Shown here one piece after another: positions 30,950-39,508 of a stretch of 64,000 nt of DNA. The DNA is from Candidatus Latescibacterota bacterium (GTDB taxonomy: Bacteria > Latescibacterota > UBA2968 > UBA8231), in the NCBI GenBank assembly GCA_965215195.1, contig CBDCDC010000002.1, positions 1,344,001-1,408,000 of the forward strand, written 5' to 3'. The position numbers and the translations under genes were made by a program. Within the stretch, counting starts at the first letter, position 1. Each line of letters opens with the position of its first letter. The notes beneath the pieces were generated by a model. It saw only the letters and a list, made by a program, of their open reading frames with translations, made no database searches and had not been told where the DNA came from.

Positions 30950-32386
30950 ATGGCGGTGAGTATTGCTGATCTTCTCAGGCTCGTGGAAGGTAAGACGCTG
31001 GAATTTAAGCGGGACGTGTCTTCCCCTAAAAACCTGCTGAAAACGCTAGTGGCTTTTGCAAACACCGCGGGTGGGCGGGTGATCGTTGGCGTGGACGATA
31101 GCTCTCGCTCGCCAGTGGGGATAGAGAATCCACTCGATGAAGAGGAGCGGCTTTGCAGTCTGATCGCCGACTCCATCCGACCACGCTTGGTTCCGAACGT
31201 CGAGATGACGACGGTTGATGGCCAAACCCTGCTCGTAGTAGAAGTGTTTCTGAGTGGGTCCCGGCCGCATTGGTTGAAGGCCGAAGGCCCTGAGCGCGGG
31301 GCCTATGTCCGCTTAGGCTCCACCAATCGGCTGGCCGATCGGGAATTGCTCGCCGAGTTGAGGCGCTCGGTGGCAGGCGTTGCTTATGATGAACTCCCGA
31401 TGCCCGAACTGTCGGTTGCCGATTTGGACTTGGTGGTACTGAAGGAGCTATTTCGCGACCAGCGCGACCTCGGCGCAAGGGAGCTGCTCACCCTGAGACT
31501 GCTGACCAACGAGCAGGGGCGACGGGTGCCGACTAGGGGAGCGGTTTTGCTCGTCGGAAAAGAGCGGGAAAGACATTTTCCCGACGCTTGGGTGCAATGC
31601 GGACGCTTTATCGGACGGGACAAAGCGGATATTTTCGATCACATCGAACTGCACGACCCGCTGCCGCAGGCGGTCGAAAGCATCCTGTTGTTTCTCAAAA
31701 AACACGCCATGCGCGGGGCCGACTTTTCCGCAATCCGGCGCAAAGACCGATGGAGCATTCCCCTTGGGATTTTGCGCGAGGTGGTCATTAACGCGTTGGT
31801 TCACGCCGACTATTCGCAGAAGGGGGGACCCATTCGGGTGGCTTTTTTTGACGACCGCATTGAGGTCGAAAATCCCGGCATCCTCCTGCCGGGTTTGACC
31901 CTCGACGATATCCGTCAGGGCCTCTCAAAAATTCGCAACCACGTCATTGCACGGGTCTTCCGCGAGTTGAACCTGATTGAACAGGGGGGCAGCGGCATCC
32001 CCCGCATGTTTCGCGAGGCCGAAGAACTGGGGCTGCCGGAGCTACAGATTGCGGAAATCGGTACGAGGATGCGCGTCACCGTACCGTTGTCTGAGAGCAT
32101 CGCGGCTCTAAAGGCCACCGAACAAGCTACCGAACAAGCTACCGAACAAGTAAGACGCATCCTTAACTGCCTCAAAAGTGAACCCTTGAGTGTCCGCGAG
32201 GCCATGAATATCCTTGGATTGCACCATCGCCCCACGTTTCTCTACAACTACCTGCATCCGGTCTTAGATACCGGCCTCGTTGAAAGGACGCAGCCCGACT
32301 CGCCGAGGAGTCCCCATCAGAAGTACCGCCTAACCGCAAGGGGAAAAAGGGTCCTCTGTCAGAGCGATCCAGCGGGAGCCGGATGA
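30950..32386 (+). CDS. AlbA_2 (Schlafen-like) plus HATPase_c_4 (RecG C-terminal-like) plus winged-helix protein
   Basis: EGKTLEFK, VAFANTAGG..IVGVDD, REVVINALVHADY, EVENPG, SKIRNHVIA, EQGGSG, QKYRLT. Confidence 0.85.
   Translation: MAVSIADLLRLVEGKTLEFKRDVSSPKNLLKTLVAFANTAGGRVIVGVDDSSRSPVGIENPLDEEERLCSLIADSIRPRLVPNVEMTTVDGQTLLVVEVFLSGSRPHWLKAEGPERGAYVRLGSTNRLADRELLAELRRSVAGVAYDELPMPELSVADLDLVVLKELFRDQRDLGARELLTLRLLTNEQGRRVPTRGAVLLVGKERERHFPDAWVQCGRFIGRDKADIFDHIELHDPLPQAVESILLFLKKHAMRGADFSAIRRKDRWSIPLGILREVVINALVHADYSQKGGPIRVAFFDDRIEVENPGILLPGLTLDDIRQGLSKIRNHVIARVFRELNLIEQGGSGIPRMFREAEELGLPELQIAEIGTRMRVTVPLSESIAALKATEQATEQATEQVRRILNCLKSEPLSVREAMNILGLHHRPTFLYNYLHPVLDTGLVERTQPDSPRSPHQKYRLTARGKRVLCQSDPAGAG
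32114..32149 (+). repeat. 12-bp tandem repeat x3 (ATEQ linker)
   Basis: GCYACCGAACAA x3. Confidence 0.9.
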
Positions 32387-32415
32387 CAGAGCTGTCGTTG
32401 GAGAGGTGCTATGTA

Positions 32416-33300
32416 ACCAATGGTGCTAGTGGGCTACAAGCTAAATTCCGCGATGGACAAGCGGACGAATCCATTTTCATCGGGTTGCAACCCGTGCCAC
32501 TGAACCAGCAGGTTGAAGGTGGCCATGGCAAAGCTCAGATGCGCTCTAAAGTAGGCCCAGGCTCGATGGGTCTGTCGCTTGAAGTGCCCGATGCGGGTCA
32601 GCATGGAAAAGACGGTCTCGATGACCATACGCTCGCCCCACGTTTTGCGGGGACACACTTTCAGATTGGCCGGATCACCGGCTTTGGCATGAAAGCCTTG
32701 GTCGCTGAGGAGGATCATCTGCTCTTCGTAGCGGCCAATCATCGGGTGAAAGACCGTATCGTGGACATTGGCGGTATTACAATCCCAATCGACGATCAAG
32801 CCCCATTGGTTGACGATCAAGCCCAGCTTGCCGCCGACGATCCAGCGGTGATTGGACCGCCCTTTCCGGCCGATAGGGTGAGCGGAGCGGCCTTCGCGTA
32901 CTGGATGGATCAACTCGATGCCATAGCTATCGATCACGCCTAAAGGGGTGGGGTCCGCTCGAAAGCGATCGGTCCAGTCCGCATGGGCGGCAAACAGGCG
33001 GAACAAGCGGGTGCGCTCGGGCAGGCGCGGAAAAAAGGCGCGCCAATCGCGCGCTACCCAGCGATAAAACGCCCGTTTGCCGCCCCCTTTGAGCGCATAC
33101 AGAACCGCCAAGGTCACCGTTTCGCTGGGATATAAGGCGGCTTGGGGGTGTTTGGGCACATCGCCCATCTGGTGGTCGATTCGACAGAACAGGGCTATTA
33201 TAAACTCGGCCGTGGTCATGGGACGCTCCTTCGCTGAAAGGGGGGATACCCTCAGCGTAGGAACTACCTTGACCACGGTCAACTCACTAGCACCATTGGT
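32416..33300 (-). mobile_element. IS982-like insertion sequence, 885 bp
   Basis: 16-bp perfect TIRs ACCAATGGTGCTAGTG / CACTAGCACCATTGGT; 6-bp target duplication TATGTA at 32410-32415 and 33301-33306. Confidence 0.88.
32434..33219 (-). CDS. IS982-like DDE transposase
   Basis: LYPSETVTLA, LPERTRLFR, IDSYGI, ANVHD, SDQGF, ERMVIETVFSML. Confidence 0.85.
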   Translation of the reverse strand: MTTAEFIIALFCRIDHQMGDVPKHPQAALYPSETVTLAVLYALKGGGKRAFYRWVARDWRAFFPRLPERTRLFRLFAAHADWTDRFRADPTPLGVIDSYGIELIHPVREGRSAHPIGRKGRSNHRWIVGGKLGLIVNQWGLIVDWDCNTANVHDTVFHPMIGRYEEQMILLSDQGFHAKAGDPANLKVCPRKTWGERMVIETVFSMLTRIGHFKRQTHRAWAYFRAHLSFAMATFNLLVQWHGLQPDENGFVRLSIAEFSL

Positions 33301-33328
33301 TATGTACAAGTGCCCAAAACCCGCCAGC

Positions 33329-33372
33329 GGCCGTGCAAACGGCTAAATTGGCGTCGATTCGCTGAACCGAAT
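33329..33372 (+). repeat. junction repeat copy 3 (non-coding copy of S8 3' end)
   Basis: 44 bp, 2 mismatches to copy 1; TTGACA at 33399. Confidence 0.9.
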
Positions 33373-33454
33373 CGTTGTCGCCGCCAAGGGGACTTGGGTT
33401 GACAATGCGAAAACGACTCTCGAATCTCCTACATGCCCTAAAGAGGAGATAATC

Positions 33455-34015
33455 GTGTTCAACGAAGAAAAGGCCACTGAACTGGCTGCCAGCATTCTGG
33501 CGTGGGGCGGCTCAATGAAGTTTATCAAGCTGCTCAAACTCATCTACCTAGCCGATCGCGAGGCATTGGACCGAGAAGGGCATAGCCTCTCCACGGATCG
33601 CTGGGTATCGATGAAACACGGCCCGGTGCCCATTCAGACGTACAATCTGATACACCAAGAAGACGACCCGGATCGCCATCCTGTGTGGAACCAGTACATC
33701 GAAAACCAAGCAGATTACTGCATCGGCCTAAAGAAAGAGATGGGAATAAACTACCTGTCTGAAGCGGAACGGACGATCGCCGAAGATGTCTGGAAGCAAT
33801 ACGGCCATCTGCCCCCTTGGGGTTCCAATGGTATTGTCGAGCTTACTCACCGCCTTCCCGAGTGGGAAAATCCCGCAGAAAATCCGCACGGTCCCCAAGC
33901 GACGCCCATCCCAGTCCAACGCATTTTGCTCGCCTTGAAGAAGAGCGACCAAGAAATACAAGCCATCTTGGAGCTGGAACAGACGGACGCTTGGCTGGAT
34001 AGGATCTTGGCGTGA
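33455..34015 (+). CDS. Panacea (SocA/DUF4065) domain antitoxin, orphan
   Basis: FNEEKA, KLLKLIYLADR, MKHGPV, LTH.LPEW; GAGGAG RBS. Confidence 0.82.
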   Translation: MFNEEKATELAASILAWGGSMKFIKLLKLIYLADREALDREGHSLSTDRWVSMKHGPVPIQTYNLIHQEDDPDRHPVWNQYIENQADYCIGLKKEMGINYLSEAERTIAEDVWKQYGHLPPWGSNGIVELTHRLPEWENPAENPHGPQATPIPVQRILLALKKSDQEIQAILELEQTDAWLDRILA

Positions 34016-34033
34016 TACGGGCTGGCACCGGAC

Positions 34034-34052
34034 GGCGTCGATTCGCTGAACC
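34034..34052 (+). repeat. junction repeat copy 4 (core)
   Basis: GGCGTCGATTCGCTGAACC immediately before the trp promoter -35. Confidence 0.8.
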
Positions 34053-34054
34053 AC

Positions 34055-34083
34055 TTGACAGCGCAAAGGCCCCCTTTTACTTT
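34055..34083 (+). promoter_or_regulatory. trp operon promoter
   Basis: TTGACA-17 nt-TACTTT, ~10 nt upstream of leader ATG. Confidence 0.6.
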
Positions 34084-34092
34084 TTGCTCGTT

Positions 34093-34173
34093 ATGAAATT
34101 TTCGTCTCACACTCGTCGCTGGTGGCGCGCTTGGCATTTCCCGAGCCGGGAGAGAGGCGCGTCCATCCGCTAG
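34093..34173 (+). CDS. trpL: trp leader peptide
   Basis: MKFSSHTRRWWRAWHFPSRERGASIR*: three Trp codons (two tandem) upstream of trpE and a terminator. Confidence 0.85.
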   Translation: MKFSSHTRRWWRAWHFPSRERGASIR

Positions 34174-34205
34174 ACTGCTAGACTGCGACGAGATGTTTTC
34201 AATCC

Positions 34206-34238
34206 AACGCGGACGCCCTCGGGTGTCCGCGTTTTTTT
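34206..34238 (+). terminator. attenuator terminator hairpin
   Basis: AACGCGGACGCCC-TC-GGGTGTCCGCGTT running into a T7 tract just before the trpE RBS. Confidence 0.88.
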
Positions 34239-34254
34239 GTACTTGGAGAACGCT

Positions 34255-36432
34255 ATGACCATACACGCGGAAACCTTTCGCACGACCGGCGGCGTCGAAA
34301 TCAGGCGCGAGACCGAGGAATTGTCCATAGAAAAGCCGCTAGAGTCCCTGCTCGAACGGCTCAATACCTACCGAGGTGCCATCTTCGCCAGCGGCTACGA
34401 GTACCCAGGGCGGTATAGCCGCTGGGACATCGGCTTCGTCGATCCGCCGCTGGAGCTGGTGGCGCGCCAGCGCGACTTCGCCTTCCGGGCACTCAACGCC
34501 CGCGGCCAAGTGCTGCTAGAGATCGTCCGCCGAGGGCTTACTGGGCACGAGCACTTGGTCGCGCTGGAACTAGCCGAAGGCCAGCTCAAAGGCGCAGTGG
34601 CGCAGATGCCCGAGTACTTCGCGGAAGAGGAGCGCTCCAAGCAGCCGACGATCTTCAGCGTCCTGCGCGCCCTCGTGGCGCAGATGCGAGCCGCAGGCGA
34701 AAATCACTTGGGCTTTTACGGGGCACTGGGCTACGACCTAGTACTCCAGTTTGAGCCGCTCCAACTGCGCCACCCGCGCCGCAAAGACCGGCCCGATCTG
34801 CACCTATTTTTGCCCGACGAACTAGTAGTAGTAGATCACCGCAAGGAACAGGCGCGGCGTTACCGCTATGAATTTGCCGCCGACGGATTGTCGACCGAGG
34901 GTATGGAGCGCAGCACGGACGCCGTGCCCGCGGTGCGCGGCGCGGCAACCGCGATCGCCTGCGACCACGCCCCCGGGGAATACGCCGACAAGGTGCGCGA
35001 GGTCATCGCCGGTACTGAGCGCGGCGACTTCTTTGAGGTGACGCCGAGCCAGGTACTCAGCGCTGGCTATGCGGGCAGTCCACACGCCCTCTTTGAGAAC
35101 ATCCGCCGCACCAGCCCCAGCCCCTATGAGTTCTTCATCAACCTCGGCGACGAGTATCTGATCGGGGCTTCGCCCGAAATGTTCGTGCGGGTCAACGGGT
35201 CATTCGTGGAGACTTGTCCGATTGCCGGGACCATCGGCCGGGGCAAAACCGCGATGGAGGACGCCGAGCAGATCCGCGACCTGCTCAACTCAAAAAAGGA
35301 CGAGGCCGAGCTGAACATGTGTACGGACGTGGACCGCAACGACAAAGCGCGGATTTGCAAGGAAGGCTCGGTGCGGGTGGTCGGGCGGCGGATGATCGAA
35401 AAGTACTCAAAGGTCTTTCACACCGTGGACCAAGTCGTAGGCGAGCTGAAGGACGACTGCGACGGATTCGACGCCTTGCTGTCGCACATGTGGGCAGTGA
35501 CCCTTACCGGCGCACCCAAACCGGCGGCCATGCAGAAAATCGAGGAATTGGAAAATTCGGCGCGGCGTTGGTACGGGGGCTGCATCGGCATGTTGCTCTT
35601 CAGCGGCGAGATCAACACCGGGATCACCATCCGCACCGTACACTTGGAGGACGGCATTGCCCAAGTGCGGGCCGGGGCAACCCTACTCTGCGACTCGGAC
35701 CCCGACGCCGAGGAACGCGAGACGCGGGTCAAGGCCGAGACCTTTATCAACGCGGTGATCGGCGTGGACGATGCCGAGAAGAAGAGCACCCAAATCGCGA
35801 CTTCGGGCGAGGGCAAGCGGGTGCTCTTTGTGGATAACCGCGACTCTTTCGTCCACACGCTCGGCGACTACGTGCGGCAAACCGGGGCCGAAGTGGTTAC
35901 AGTGCGCGCCGAGCGGGCGCGCGACAGCAGCCGAGCGCGGGGCCTGCGCCACCCGGAGCGCGTCTTTGCCGAGGTGAATCCGGACTTGGTCTTCATCTCG
36001 CCCGGCCCGGGGACGCCCGAGGAGTTCGGCGTACCAACGCTGGTGAAGGAATGCGTGCGGCGCGCGCGGCCGGTCTTTGGCGTGTGCCTCGGGCTACAGG
36101 GCATCGTCCAAGCCTTTGGCGGCGAACTGGGCGTCTTGTCCTACCCTATGCACGGCAAGGAATCGACGGTCCGCTGCACACCCGCAGGGATCTTCGACGG
36201 GTTTCCCGCGGAATTCGTCGCTGGCCGCTACCACTCGCTCTACGCCGTGCCGGAGAAGTTGCCGGCGTGCCTGCGGGTTTTGGCGCAGACCGACGACGGG
36301 GTCATCATGGCCGTGGAGCACTGCGAATTGCCAATAGCGGCCGTGCAGTTTCATCCGGAGTCGATCCTGACGCTCAAGGACAATCTCGGCTTGCGCTTAA
36401 TCTCCGAGGTAGTAGGGAAGCTGGCGCGGTGA
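34255..36432 (+). CDS. trpE: anthranilate synthase, fused components I and II (TrpE(G))
   Basis: EYPGRYSRWD, SPSPYEF, GASPEMFV, CPIAGT, CTDVDRND, GAPK; C-terminal GATase (DSFVH, SPGPG, GVCLG, QFHPES). Confidence 0.93.
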   Translation: MTIHAETFRTTGGVEIRRETEELSIEKPLESLLERLNTYRGAIFASGYEYPGRYSRWDIGFVDPPLELVARQRDFAFRALNARGQVLLEIVRRGLTGHEHLVALELAEGQLKGAVAQMPEYFAEEERSKQPTIFSVLRALVAQMRAAGENHLGFYGALGYDLVLQFEPLQLRHPRRKDRPDLHLFLPDELVVVDHRKEQARRYRYEFAADGLSTEGMERSTDAVPAVRGAATAIACDHAPGEYADKVREVIAGTERGDFFEVTPSQVLSAGYAGSPHALFENIRRTSPSPYEFFINLGDEYLIGASPEMFVRVNGSFVETCPIAGTIGRGKTAMEDAEQIRDLLNSKKDEAELNMCTDVDRNDKARICKEGSVRVVGRRMIEKYSKVFHTVDQVVGELKDDCDGFDALLSHMWAVTLTGAPKPAAMQKIEELENSARRWYGGCIGMLLFSGEINTGITIRTVHLEDGIAQVRAGATLLCDSDPDAEERETRVKAETFINAVIGVDDAEKKSTQIATSGEGKRVLFVDNRDSFVHTLGDYVRQTGAEVVTVRAERARDSSRARGLRHPERVFAEVNPDLVFISPGPGTPEEFGVPTLVKECVRRARPVFGVCLGLQGIVQAFGGELGVLSYPMHGKESTVRCTPAGIFDGFPAEFVAGRYHSLYAVPEKLPACLRVLAQTDDGVIMAVEHCELPIAAVQFHPESILTLKDNLGLRLISEVVGKLAR

Positions 36433-36795
36433 TACGCATCTACGGAATCCGCGAGAAACTGGACCCGATCAAAGCCGAATTGTCGGATGTGATCAACGCC
36501 TGCATGGCCCGCCAACAAACGCGCCCAGCGGTTCTTCCCGCTGGCAAGGGACGATTTCTACTACCCAGCAGGGCGGACGGATGCGTACATCGCCATAGAG
36601 ATCCACTTGATTGAGGGCCGGTCGCAGCAAGCGTGCAAAAAGCTGATTCGCTTGCTCTTTGCACGCATTCAGGAAGAACTGGGCCTAGACCCCATCAACG
36701 TGGAAATTGTGATATTCGAAAGCCCGGCCTGTAATTTCGGCTTTCGCGGCGCGACCGGCGACGAGGCGGAATTGGACTACAAAATTGACGTGTAA
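36429..36795 (+). pseudogene. tautomerase-family (YrdN-like) gene, frameshifted at ~36507
   Basis: VIRIYGIREKL...INACM in one frame, PANKRAQRFFP...GRTDAY...EGRS...KKLIRLLF...GFRG.TGDE..LDYKIDV in another; short deletion at the junction inferred. Confidence 0.7.
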
Positions 36796-36843
36796 GGCCC
36801 ATTTTTAGCGGTTGGTGGTTTTCCCATTGCACCCTGTACAACC

Positions 36844-37407
36844 ATGTTGCTGATACTTGATAACTACGACTCCTTTACCTACAATTTGGTGCATTATTTA
36901 GAGGAATTAGGGGCTGCAACCAAGGTCTTGCGCAACGACGAATTGACGGTCGCCGAAGCGGTTGCGCTCGCGCCCAAGCGCGTCGTTATCTCGCCCGGTC
37001 CTCGCGGCCCAGACCAAGCCGGAATTTCGTGCGCACTCGTCGAGCGGTTGGCCGGTGTGATTCCCATTTTAGGCGTGTGCTTGGGGCACCAAGCGATCGC
37101 CCAAGTTTGCGGCGGGCGCATCGTGCGGGCCAGCGAGATCGTCCACGGCCGCGCAACGCCGGTACGCCACGACGGTCGCACGCTGTTCGCCGGGTTGCCC
37201 AACCCACTCGTCGCCACTCGCTATCACTCGCTGGCCGTTGAGCAGGAAAGTTTACCTGAGTGCCTCGAAGTATCGGCCACGAGTGAGGATGGGACGATTA
37301 TGGGAATTCGGCACCGGCGCTGGCCCCTCGAAGGGGTGCAGTTTCACCCGGAATCGATCCTGACCATAGAAGGCAAACAACTGTTGGCCAATTTTCTTTG
37401 CTTATGA
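36844..37407 (+). CDS. trpG: anthranilate/aminodeoxychorismate synthase component II
   Basis: LDNYDSFTYNL, SPGP, GVCLGHQ, RYHSL, GVQFHPES; could equally be pabA. Confidence 0.88.
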   Translation: MLLILDNYDSFTYNLVHYLEELGAATKVLRNDELTVAEAVALAPKRVVISPGPRGPDQAGISCALVERLAGVIPILGVCLGHQAIAQVCGGRIVRASEIVHGRATPVRHDGRTLFAGLPNPLVATRYHSLAVEQESLPECLEVSATSEDGTIMGIRHRRWPLEGVQFHPESILTIEGKQLLANFLCL

Positions 37408-37418
37408 GGAGCGCGAGC

Positions 37419-38429
37419 ATGATACAAGAAGCTATAAGAGACCTGATCGCCGGAGCAGACCTAGGGCGCGCCAAGACGCGGGCGGTGATGGACCAGATTA
37501 TGAGCGGCCAAGCCACCGACGCCCAGATCGGCGCGTTTCTCGTGGCCCTGCGGATCAAGGGCGAGACCATCGACGAGATCGTCGGCTGCGCCGAAGTCAT
37601 GCGCGAAAAAGCCACGCCGATAGCGACGGTGCGGTCCAATCTCATCGACACCTGCGGCACCGGCGGCGATGCTTCGGGCACCTTCAATATCTCTACTGCG
37701 GTAGCCTTTGTAGCCTGCGGTGCCGGCCTAGCGGTGGCCAAGCACGGCAACCGCTCCATATCGAGCCACTGCGGCTCGGCGGACGTGCTGGCCGCATTAG
37801 GGGTCAATATCGAAGCCGCGCCGGAAAAGGTCGGCGAGTGCATCGACGAAGTCGGCATTGGCTTCCTCTTCGCGGTGGCCTTGCACGGGGCGATGAAACA
37901 CGCCATCGGCCCGCGCCGGGAGTTAGCCACTCGCACGGTTTTTAACATCTTGGGGCCCCTGACCAATCCGGCCGGGGCCAAAAGGCAATTGTTCGGCGCG
38001 TTCGACGGCGCGTTGACCGAGTCGCTCGCCCGGGTGCTCGGGGAGTTGGGATCGGAGCGGGCCTTGGTAGTACACGGCTCGGACGGGCTGGACGAGATCA
38101 CCCTGACCGGGCCGACGCAGGCCAGCGAGCTTAGAGATGGGCAGATCAGTACGCGCCAGATTCATCCGGGGGATTTTGGCTTGCAGACCGTCTCCGCCGA
38201 CGCGCTCAAAGGCGGCGATGCGAATTACAATGCGCACATTCTGCGCGGGGTACTCGACGGCAAGGAGGGGCCGCAGCGCGACGTGGTGCTGCTCAACGCG
38301 GCCGCGGCCATCGTCGTTGGCGGGCGGGCCGAGGATATGAGCGCTGGTCTCGAAGTGGCCCGGGCGTCCATCGACTCGGGCAAGGCACGCCAGGCCTTGG
38401 ATCGCCTAATCGAGGTAAGCAACGCCTAA
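37419..38429 (+). CDS. trpD: anthranilate phosphoribosyltransferase
   Basis: DTCGTGGD, FNIST, KHGNR, GSADVL, RTVFNILGPLTNP, DGLDEI. Confidence 0.96.
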   Translation: MIQEAIRDLIAGADLGRAKTRAVMDQIMSGQATDAQIGAFLVALRIKGETIDEIVGCAEVMREKATPIATVRSNLIDTCGTGGDASGTFNISTAVAFVACGAGLAVAKHGNRSISSHCGSADVLAALGVNIEAAPEKVGECIDEVGIGFLFAVALHGAMKHAIGPRRELATRTVFNILGPLTNPAGAKRQLFGAFDGALTESLARVLGELGSERALVVHGSDGLDEITLTGPTQASELRDGQISTRQIHPGDFGLQTVSADALKGGDANYNAHILRGVLDGKEGPQRDVVLLNAAAAIVVGGRAEDMSAGLEVARASIDSGKARQALDRLIEVSNA

Positions 38430-38488
38430 CATCACCACCCACCCCGGCCGGAGCGGAAGTGCCCGGCCCACTCAAAGGAGAAGCGACC

Positions 38489-38716
38489 ATGACCGATTTG
38501 ATCCCCGACCCGCTAGCCGGAACCGTGCAGCAGATGGACAAGCGGCTCGACAGCATCGAGAGACGCCTCGACAGTATCGAGACCCACCAGCGCGAGAACG
38601 CCAATGCCGTCACCCAGCGCATCGATGCGTTGACGCGCTGGGTTATCGGCATCCAGCTAAGCACCTTTATCGCGCTGGTTGGCTTGCTGGTGGCGATCCT
38701 GTTGAAGCTACCCTAG
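38489..38716 (+). CDS. small coiled-coil protein with C-terminal TM helix
   Basis: AGGAG RBS; heptads RLDSIERRLDSIE; RWVIGIQL...ILLK. Confidence 0.6.
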   Translation: MTDLIPDPLAGTVQQMDKRLDSIERRLDSIETHQRENANAVTQRIDALTRWVIGIQLSTFIALVGLLVAILLKLP

Positions 38717-38728
38717 CCTCCAACCATA

Positions 38729-39508
38729 ATGGCCGACATCCTCAGCGAAATAGCCGCGTACAAGCGCGAATTCGTGGCCGCCCGCCAGCGCCAGCGCAGC
38801 CTAGCCGATGTGCGCGCTCATGCCCGCGACACGCCCATGCCAGCCGATTTCGCGGGTGTGTTGGCTGCGGACGGGATCGCCCTGATCGCCGAGGTCAAAA
38901 AAGCCTCGCCGTCCAAGGGCGTCATCCGCGCCGATTTCGACCCGGAGCGGATCGCCGATGCGTATGCGGCCAACGGTGCGCGCTGTCTTTCGGTATTGAC
39001 GGACGAGGCGTATTTTCAGGGGTGTGATGCGTATGTACAGATGGCTAAAGAAGTTGCGGGCTTGCCGGTGTTGCGCAAGGACTTCACCATCGACGAGTAC
39101 CAGATCTACGAAGCCCGCGTCATCGGTGCCGACGCCATTTTGCTGATCGCAGCCCTGATGGACTCCAGCCAGCTCGACGACTACTTGGGCCTAGCCGGCG
39201 AATTGGAATTAGACGCACTGGTCGAAGTCCACGATGGGGCGGAACTGGCGCGCGCCAAAGCAGCCGGGGCCCGGCTCGTCGGCGTCAACAACCGCGATCT
39301 GCGGACCTTTGCGACGACCTTGGAGACGACCTTCGCGCTTGTGGATCAGATGCCGGAGGGGGCTGTCGTCGTCAGCGAGAGCGGAATTGAAAACCGCGGC
39401 CATGTCGAGCGGCTCGCAGATGCGGGCGTCGATGCGATCTTGGTCGGCGAATCCCTGATGCGCGAAGCCGATATCGGGGCTAAAGTGAGGGAGTTACTAG
39501 GCACGTGA
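38729..39508 (+). CDS. trpC: indole-3-glycerol phosphate synthase
   Basis: IAEVKKASPSKG, SVLTD, LRKDF, GVNNRDL, SESGI, LVGESLM. Confidence 0.96.
   Translation: MADILSEIAAYKREFVAARQRQRSLADVRAHARDTPMPADFAGVLAADGIALIAEVKKASPSKGVIRADFDPERIADAYAANGARCLSVLTDEAYFQGCDAYVQMAKEVAGLPVLRKDFTIDEYQIYEARVIGADAILLIAALMDSSQLDDYLGLAGELELDALVEVHDGAELARAKAAGARLVGVNNRDLRTFATTLETTFALVDQMPEGAVVVSESGIENRGHVERLADAGVDAILVGESLMREADIGAKVRELLGT

Noticed and set aside
32383-32943. 186-aa plus-strand ORF
   Set aside because: Antisense shadow of the transposase; it crosses the IS end
27456-34052. Junction repeats as CRISPR repeats or integron attC sites
   Set aside because: Spacing is 0.7-3.4 kb, no cas or intI genes are present, and no RYYYAAC/GTTRRRY hairpin was seen
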